Shown here piece by piece: positions 54,150 to 64,000 of a DNA stretch of 64,000 nt (position 1 is its first letter; each line of letters begins with the position of its first letter). The stretch comes from Eledone cirrhosa (Eukaryota). The position numbers and the translations under genes are program-made. The stretch lies in contig OZ024743.1 of the NCBI GenBank assembly GCA_964016885.1, positions 98,146,001-98,210,000 on the forward strand, in the 5' to 3' direction. The notes under the pieces were generated by a model, which was not told where the DNA came from, did no database searches, and saw only the letters and a program-made list of their open reading frames with translations.

Positions 54150-54560
54150 CAAGTCCAGTCCATAAGTTGACATTGTCAAGCCATCGTTTTTGGCTGCCGA
54201 CCTCTTACCAGCCAAATTTCCTTCTAGCCACGAGTTGATCTTTTGATATGACCGTACAGTTTAAGCACTCTTGACCTGACAACTGATGTGACTGGTCTAA
54301 GCCTGGTGATGATGAACAGTTCACTGATACAGATACGATCTCTTAGCCGCTTGATAGTCATAAGTCACATGATGTGGTTCTGGAATGTAGAAAGCTTCTG
54401 AAGTGACCTTGTCGTCCAATTAACACAATCAAGACCATATAACACAACTGGTAGGATGTAAGTATCGCATATCTTAGCCTTCAAATGGTAGGAAACTCAT
54501 TTTGATTTTAGTACTTCCTTGTTCTTGTTTAAAGCTGCCCAACCTAGAGGGATTTGATAT
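54150..54560 (-). mobile_element. Decayed RTE-group LINE 3' fragment
   Basis: Minus strand ILPVVLYGLDC...LKLYGHIKR...RGRQPKRWLDNV. Confidence 0.65.
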
Positions 54561-54845
54561 TGCGCAGCAAGTATCAAATCCATTACTGTTTGATGATAGT
54601 TTGATATAAACTCTGTAACTTGAACAATTTGCTGGTTGTAGATTGTGAGTTGGAGGTTGACATTGTTTTTATCAGTTGTTTACATTTAAAAATAGAACCA
54701 TTTCTTAGGCATGTTTGTACTGTTCTAAACATTGAGTATCACATTTCGGTGTCTTCCTTGAGAATGAATATATCGTTCATTAGTCTGGTGTATATCATAT
54801 GTTTATGTTCAAGTACCGCTTTATTTTCTATTTTAGCCACATAGA

Positions 54846-54880
<35 letters not shown>

Positions 54881-55399
54881 GTGTGTGTGACAGCTCACAC
54901 CTATGCAGGTTTAGCTGGCCTCCTCCAAGGTATATCTTGTTGGAGGTGTCTTGAGTGATTTAATGATAGGGACCCCAGTCCTATCATCTCATTTCTACAG
55001 CTGAGTAAATTGGAGCAACGTGAAATAAAGTGTCTTGCTCAAGGAAACAACACATCACTCGATCTGAGAATTGAACTCACAAACTTTCGATTGCAAGCCC
55101 AATGCTCTAACCACTAAGCCATGTGCCTTCACTCCACATAGAGTGCCACATATACTTCTCTGTGTTCCACTTAACGCTAAAGATAAAATAACACTATTCA
55201 AGTAAAATCCTTCAGGAGGCTCAATTGTTGTCAAACAATGATTTTATCTTTGTTTTTCTTTAATCTTTCAGATCTTATTCAGTAAATTAAGGTACTTTCC
55301 TGGTGAACTCCCTACTTTGCAAAATATTGAACAACTCATCCATTGAAGGGAATCTGGCAGAAATGGCGAAACTAGCGCAGAAACTGGATATTGTGTGTT

Positions 55400-55675
55400 T
55401 AGGGTTGGATTTAGACCTGAGCCCAGGGCTCTTCAGGTTTGGGGGCCCCTCACACACAAACAAAATTAGAAGACACAGCCACCGCCCACTTTTATATATC
55501 AAAGCTAACTGGAAAGTTATACATACAGGTACTAAAAATTTCTAACTATCCTAAAACTAAAAAGCCCAGCTGAGGGCACAAATAAATTGCTATGGCCGTC
55601 CCTTGTGAACCCCTCCCACCCCACTGCAAGGGACCCGGGGCAATTTTCCTCTTGCCCCCATTAATTCCGGCACTG
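55400..55675. mobile_element. hAT-type MITE
   Basis: Imperfect TIRs TAGGGTTGGATTTA / TAATTCCGGCACTG and an 8-bp TSD TGTGTGTT / TCTGTGTT (7 of 8 match). Confidence 0.6.
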
Positions 55676-55710
55676 TCTGTGTTATTTGTGTGTGTATATA
55701 TATATATATT

Positions 55711-57051
<1,341 letters not shown>

Positions 57052-59282
57052 ATATATATTTGCGTGAAGGCGTGTTGCTGAGTGGTTAGAGAATTGGATT
57101 CACAGCCTAGAGGTTGTGAGTTCGATTCCTGGACCAGGAGATGTGTTATGTTCTTAAGCAAGACACTTTATTTCACGTTGCTCCTTCTACCTGGAGTTGC
57201 GACCGATAGATAGTATTAGCAACTGGAAAGACCAACGGAAACATTGTTTCCTCGGTCCAATTTGACGAAAGTCGATCGATCCTTATATATATATATATAT
57301 AGTGTTCTGTGACATTCCCAAGTACTCAATCGATTCACTATACTAGAATAAAATGCTATGGCAACGAAACAGAAATAATAACTACATTCTTAAATGTTAT
57401 TACTCTCATCGATGCACAATACTAGATTAATTATTTTGCTGTGTAAGTTTTACCACTTCGAGTACATAAGAAACATTCATCTTCAAGTTCGCTAAATGAA
57501 ATATTTGTAAAACTCCTTTGGTTGTTTAAATTCAAATATAAGAAGTGGGTAATTTGATTTAGCTAAACATCATTTGAAATTTAGCTACCAAATATATGTA
57601 TCAGATACAATACATATTTAGGTGGCATATCTAAGACTTCCAATCAAATATGGGTAGTTTTATGTATGGAAATCAGTGGAATATATTCAGGTTTTCTATG
57701 CAAATTCATCATTTATTATTGAAGGCACATGGCGTAGTGTTTAGGGGTAGGGTATTCGGCTTACGTTCATAAGGTCTTAAGTTCTATTCCCGGTGGTGTA
57801 TTGTGTCCTTGAGCAAGACACTTTATTTCTTATTACTTCACTCCGCTCAACTGGCAAAAATGAATTGTACCTGTAACTCTCCCTGAGAACTGCATTAATG
57901 GTTATACATGTCTGTAGAATGCTCAGTCACTTGCACGTTAATTTCACAATTAGAATGGTCGTCTTCGCAAACGACGGAGTACTAGTTATTCCCTATTATT
58001 ACTTGTTACGCTTTGATCTAATGCATTCACAAACGTTAAAATCTATTAGTTATCAAAGACCTAATAATTATATTATCCTATATCGTATTTCATATATTGT
58101 TATTAAGTAACTGTAATACATTTAAAACTGACATCATTTAGCCAGTTTTTACACTCGTGTAATGCTTATGCATTGACATATAATTATTTATTAGCAGCTG
58201 GAATAGTGTTAAGAGTAGCTATATGCATGTCTATGTTAGTCATGGTTATTAGTCATAAACTTAAAGCTATATTCACTCAAACAGTCTGTAATGATTGACT
58301 AAAATATTCAACGTAAAAACCTAGTTAATTACCAAATATTATTTAGTGTAACATCAGAAACTAATACCAATCATAATCTATATAAATACACATTACATGC
58401 ATTTAACAGTTTGCATTTGTTATATATTGCTATAAAATAGATTTCCCTACTATACACTAACCTATTTAATATGAACGAATATCGATTGGAAATTTATATC
58501 TAAAGCCACATCTTTTTTAATCTAGCAGGCAAAGTTTTCTGAACAATCCTGCTGTTTTCTTAAAAACAGACCAACATAAGTTTTAAGTTTTAGAGGAGCA
58601 TTTGTCATGATAAAGGTGACATAACCAGAGACAGATCACTGATTAATCGATGAAGTACGACCAAAATCCTACACACTATATGATATCTTACATCCTTCCA
58701 TCAACAGTTGTAGAATTATGAGCTCTGGCAACTAAGCTTGAACTATTGTGAGTCGTCTACTTCCTCAGAGCTGAGCTGACCAATCAACAGCAATAATTCT
58801 TTCTAGAATTAGCACAAGGCCAGAAATTTGGGAGGAAGGGGAGAGTCAATTATATTGACGACCGCGAAAGTATCAAAGGCAAAGTTGACCTCAGCTGAAA
58901 TCAGAACATAGAAAGTCATAACTAAATACCGCAAAGAATTGGTGTCCGACGTTCTACCAATACCGCCAATCCAACGCCCTAACCAACAGCATTAATAACT
59001 ACAAACTCAACATCAACAACTATTTAATTCTACTCAACTATATTCCACATCTTTTCAAACAGTTTAATCAAAGCTTAATAACTTTAGTAATTTTTCTTAT
59101 CAAAGTCATTGCTTTATTAACGTTTGTGGTTCCAAAGTCTAATTTGTTTTATCCTCTCTGTGGCAGAAACTTGTCAAGTAATTGTCTGCTATGTCTTTGT
59201 TAGCGACTGCCTCACTCGAAGAAAATTAATTGTACATTAATTCATTCAAAATACTTGAACTGAAAAGTGAGTGCGTTGATGT

Positions 59283-60197
59283 TCTCTCTATTTCACTCAC
59301 TACTCCCGTCTCTCTCGCTCTCCCATCTCTCTCTTACACTCACTACCTCCGTCTCTCTCTCTCTCTCTCCCATCTCTCTATTTCACTCACTACTCCCGTC
59401 TCTCTCGCTCTCCCATCTTTCTCTTACACTCACTACCTCCGTCTCTCTCGCTCTCCCATCTCTCTCTTTCACTCACTACTCCCGTCTCTCTCGCTCTCCC
59501 ATCTCTCTCTTTCACTCACTACCTCCGTCTCTCTCGCTCTCCCATCTCTCTATTTCACTCACTACTCCCGTCTCTCTCGCTCTCCCATCTCTCTATTTCA
59601 CTCACTACTCCCGTCTCTCTCGCTCTCCCATCTCTCTATTTCACTCACTACTCCCGTCTCTCTCGCTCTCCCATCTCTCTATTTCACTCACTACTCCCGT
59701 CTCTCTCGCTCTCCCATCTTTCTCTTTCACTCACTACCTCCGTCTCTCTCGCTCTCCCATCTCTCTCTTTCACTCACTACCTCCGTCTCTCTCGCTCTCC
59801 CATCTCTCTATTTCACTCACTACTCCCGTCTCTCTCGCTCTCCCATCTCTCTATTTCACTCACTACTCCCGTCTCTCTCGCTCTCCCATCTCTCTATTTC
59901 ACTCACTACTCCCGTCTCTCTCGCTCTCCCATCTCTCTATTTCACTCACTACTCCCGTCTCTCTCGCTCTCCCATCTCTCTCTTTCACTCACTACCTCCG
60001 TCTCTCTCGCTCTCCCATCTCTCTATTTCACTCACTACCTCCGTCTCTCTCGCTCTCCCATCTCTCTATTTCACTCACTACCTCCGTCTCTCTCGCTCTC
60101 CCATCTCTCTATTTCACTCACTACTCCCGTCTCTCTCGCTCTCCCATCTCTCTATTTCACTCACTACTCTCGTCTCTCTCGCTCTCCCATCTCTCAC
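59283..60197. repeat. 43-bp minisatellite, about 21 copies
   Basis: Unit CTCCCGTCTCTCTCGCTCTCCCATCTCTCTATTTCACTCACTA. The spurious ORFs repeat every 43 aa. Confidence 0.92.
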
Positions 60198-60355
60198 TAT
60201 TATATACAAATGGCAGCCCATGTGCTGGCCACCCCGCTGTCTCGGTGGACAAAATAGAGAAGGACGTTCCTCGGATAAAGGTGAGGGAGACATGTTGGAA
60301 GAGCCATTCCAGCTGGCGACGCTCCCACCTTCGAGTAACCAACTCCGTGCTGTTG
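60190..60355 (-). mobile_element. CRE-like retrotransposon 3' fragment
   Basis: LEWLFQHVSLTFIRG motif. Confidence 0.7.
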
Positions 60356-60359
60356 ATTA

Positions 60360-60950
60360 GAAGCTGAGCACCTGGAAACTGAGTCAAGGAACAACAACCT
60401 CAGCCAGGTATACAACACATTCCGCAGTGCCCGTGTCGGTCCCTGGATCAAGACAGCCCTGGTAAAGGATACCAATGGCAACGTCAACACCAATTACACC
60501 ACTTGCCTCGAACGCTGGAAGGAGCACTTCAACCTTCTTCCACATCAGCCACCAGTCCCAATTGATCCCTGCCTAGCCATCACCACAGATACAGTTGCAA
60601 CCAACGACTCCTGCAGACTCGATCCTGTCACTCCCGATGAAGTCAGAGTCGCCCTGAAGCAGCTCGAAAACCACAAAGCCCCTGGAATATGCACTGTCAC
60701 CGCGGAGATGTTGAAGGTGTGCGGAGATAACATGATCCAGTGGCTCAACCGTATCATCAACCATGTATGGGTGTCAGAGCAGCTCCCAAATGACTGGACC
60801 CGAGGCATTATCATCCACGTCTGGAAACGAAAGGGCGACAAAGTCGTCTGCAGTAATCGCAGGGGCATCACCCTCCTCTCCATTCCAAGCAAGGTTTTCA
60901 CCAAGATCCTCCTCAGTTGTACTCTGCCCACCATTAGATGCGGACCCGCT
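60360..60950 (+). mobile_element. RTE-group LINE internal fragment (N-terminal RT)
   Basis: ERWKEHF...EVRVALKQL..KAPG..VTAEMLK...PNDWTRGII...KGD..CSNRRGITLLSIPSKVF. Confidence 0.88.
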
Positions 60951-61663
60951 TGCAAATGTTGGCATGCAAGCGAGTTGGTCAATCTAACACAAAAATATTC
61001 AACTCCTCTCCACATAAAATATGTTGTATCAAATTAATATATAACTAAATGTCTTTCACGAAGGAACTTCCTTCAAACAGGTAAGGATGAAACCACCACC
61101 CATTGTCCAGTAGATCCTATCATGTAGATCTTAACTTTGACATAAATTCTCTTATAATATAAATATATGAGATATATCGATGAAAGGTCACCACAACGGT
61201 GATTATGAAAAGACGGAACAGATGACATTTAACCAGATCTGAACCTTCGGTCTATGCTTTACATTAAAGATTATTACAGATGAGGGAAAAAGAAAAGAAA
61301 AATCCATTTAAGACGTCTCATACAAAATACTAAACTTTAACTGGATTTGACGTATGCTTTACATTGAAATATTAGATAATTACTTCTATCCACCACCTTG
61401 CTTCTAAAAACTGAAAACGTAAGCGATTCTACTGGAGAGAAGATAGTAAGAGAGGAGATGAAATGAAATGTGAATTATACAAAATCAATACTATATAATT
61501 ATATCATATTTTTTATCATTCACACAACATGCATTTTTTTAATTCCAATTATTTTCTATCTGGTAGAATAGTTCATTTTTTTATAGAGAGTTAATTATTT
61601 AATGTTCACACTAAAGCATGAAATGAACCTGTAATACCTCACTAGTTTGAATAAGATACCCCA

Positions 61664-61719
<56 letters not shown>

Positions 61720-61781
61720 TATATTTATATATATGTATATATATATATATATATAACTTTATATATATATATATAAAACTA

Positions 61782-61858
<77 letters not shown>

Positions 61859-61955
61859 CTTTATATATATATATATATATAAAACTATATTTATATATAT
61901 GTATATATATATATATATAACTTTATATATATATATATATAAAACTATATTTATA

Positions 61956-62006
<51 letters not shown>

Positions 62007-62284
62007 GTTCGAAGAATTCGAAGTTTGAAAGTCATGACAATACAGGTTTGGACGGAGAATGTCCGATGTGGCTTGCTATACCATGCGAGCCAGAATGGTA
62101 TAGCATGACACATCAGACACTGGAATAGTTCCTTTATTTTCTTCGGAAGAAGAGATATTAATCTCGAAATATCAGGATATATCAATAAATTAAGGTAAAA
62201 AAAACAGACCCTGTTTCTTACTATTTAATTATTCTCCGTCCAAACCCACATTGTCGTAGCTTTCAGACATCGAATTCTTTATAC

Positions 62285-62362
<78 letters not shown>

Positions 62363-62449
62363 CCCTTAGTCATTTAAACATTAATAGTCCTTTTATTATC
62401 AGGCTGCATGTTTTTAACAAAACTAGGCTTAGCAAATCCAGTCATTAAT

Positions 62450-62545
62450 TGTTAACCAAACATTAACATATGACTTATTATGTTAACCAAACATTAACAT
62501 ATGACTTATTATGTTAATCAAACATTAACATATGACTTATTACAA
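62450..62545. repeat. 31-bp minisatellite (TGTTAACCAAACATTAACATATGACTTATTA), 3 copies
   Basis: Tandem copies. The same unit occurs at 63780-64000. Confidence 0.9.
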
Positions 62546-63779
62546 GGAACTACTATTTTTTAAGATTATAGTTTTTGTAACTAGTAACCTCATCTTCAGA
62601 GATGAGACATGTCTCTAACATTTACGGTACAATGTTTACCCTCGAATTGATCTCTGGGCAGGATTTTAACAAGTAACTTTCATTTCTAAACTAAGGATAG
62701 TAACGCTCTTATCTACTAAGTACCTGTCTCTATGCAATAGTACATATGTCAGTGGTTTTAATATAGAAATGAAGTTTCATATTGGACGCAGCATAGCCGA
62801 ATTGTTAAGCAGTTCGCTTCGCAATCATTGGGTCTAGGATTCAATACCTCTGTGTGGAATATTGAGCAAGTATCATTTACCATACCCCCGGGATCATTCA
62901 AGCCTTGTGAGTGAAATTGGGTAGGCAGAAACTGGTTGGAAGACGGTCAGATATACCTCTAATCCAAAGGACCGGTTTCGCTACAGACACTGTTTCACGC
63001 TGAATCTCCCTGAGAATTATGTTAAGGGTACTCATATCTGTTGAATGTTCACCCACTTGCACATTAATTTAACAAGCAGGCTAGTTGTTCTGTTGATCAA
63101 ACAAAGCTAGCAATCATCATCGCAATCGATGGAGGTCCATTCCAAGCAGTAGTTCAATTAAAACCACTGACGCTGTGGTTTTGATTTAAAAATAAAAATT
63201 CCTGATTTGAATCCATATTGTACCTATGTATATATATCCGGGAATAAGATGATAAACTGACGACAACGTAATGTAAATATAGTTTTAAAAGACATTCTAT
63301 TTGTAAAGATGAGCTTGAATCTTTTGATACCAAATCGCCTGAACTCGCTCATGCTTCTAAAATAGAGAGTTGTTGATTTTTAAATGTTTATATTATCATA
63401 ATTTTAATTATGCTCAAACACCAGCTTAAAAATGAGTAAATTAATTATATTACTAAATTCCTCGAAAAAATTATTGATTATTTTCAAAATTATTTCAGAC
63501 ATATAGACAGCGGCTTTTATAAGAAATATGTTAAAAAAGAGTTAAAAGACCGAAATATTATAATCTTAAGAACTACCCATCACAGACAATTAATTTGCTA
63601 TCTTTTATCTATTTTAAGACAGACAGATTGGTCCTAGAGCAGAGTGAGAATTAAATGCACGAGAACCGGCATATATGTTCATTAGTTCTAAAGCCATGCT
63701 GGAAGATCGGCTTGAATAATTCAAAAACTCCCTAAATATAAAGAAACTATATCTATAGCTGTAGGTATAGATATATATA

Positions 63780-64000
63780 TATGACTTATTATGTTAACCA
63801 AACATTAACTTATGACTTATTATGTTAAACAAACATTAACTTATGACTTATTATGATAACCAAACATTAACATATGACTTATTATGTTAACCAAACATTA
63901 ACATATGACTTATTATGTTAACCAAACATTAATATATGACTTATTATGTTAAGCAAACATTAACTTATGACTTATGTTAACCAAACATTAACTTGTGACA
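63780..64000. repeat. 31-bp minisatellite, about 7 copies
   Basis: Same unit as 62450-62545. Confidence 0.9.

Noticed and set aside
59230-60367. 376-aa and 366-aa ORFs; possible CRISPR-like array
   Set aside because: A stop-free 43-bp tandem repeat with no unique spacers, in eukaryotic DNA.

Overview
AT-rich, repeat-dominated animal genomic DNA. The SINE families and the microsatellite load suggest an octopod cephalopod (inference). I can support one intact host gene: a two-exon, minus-strand gene for a secreted fibrinogen-C-domain (FReD) protein of about 286 aa (36057-35901 joined to 33095-32392). The rest is mostly mobile DNA. It includes many Penelope-like elements of Naiad type (RT, CxCx5Cx5C linker, GIY-YIG) sitting in (TA)n tracts, one of them near full length. 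It also includes RTE, L1/Tx1, CRE-like and R4/Dong-like LINE fragments, a DINE-1/HINE-like element, MITEs and SINEs. The most striking hidden layer is non-coding RNA. By eye I find 12 type I hammerhead ribozymes with a canonical core, plus several variant or decayed ones. Some lie in non-coding, direct-repeat-flanked units of about 691 and 519 bp that look like retrozyme or circular-RNA-derived insertions, and others lie in head-to-head palindromes. There is also an intron-containing SGNH-esterase-like cassette of unclear origin beside a 1.1-kb foldback element. All calls are manual, with no database search or folding software, so repeat boundaries are approximate.
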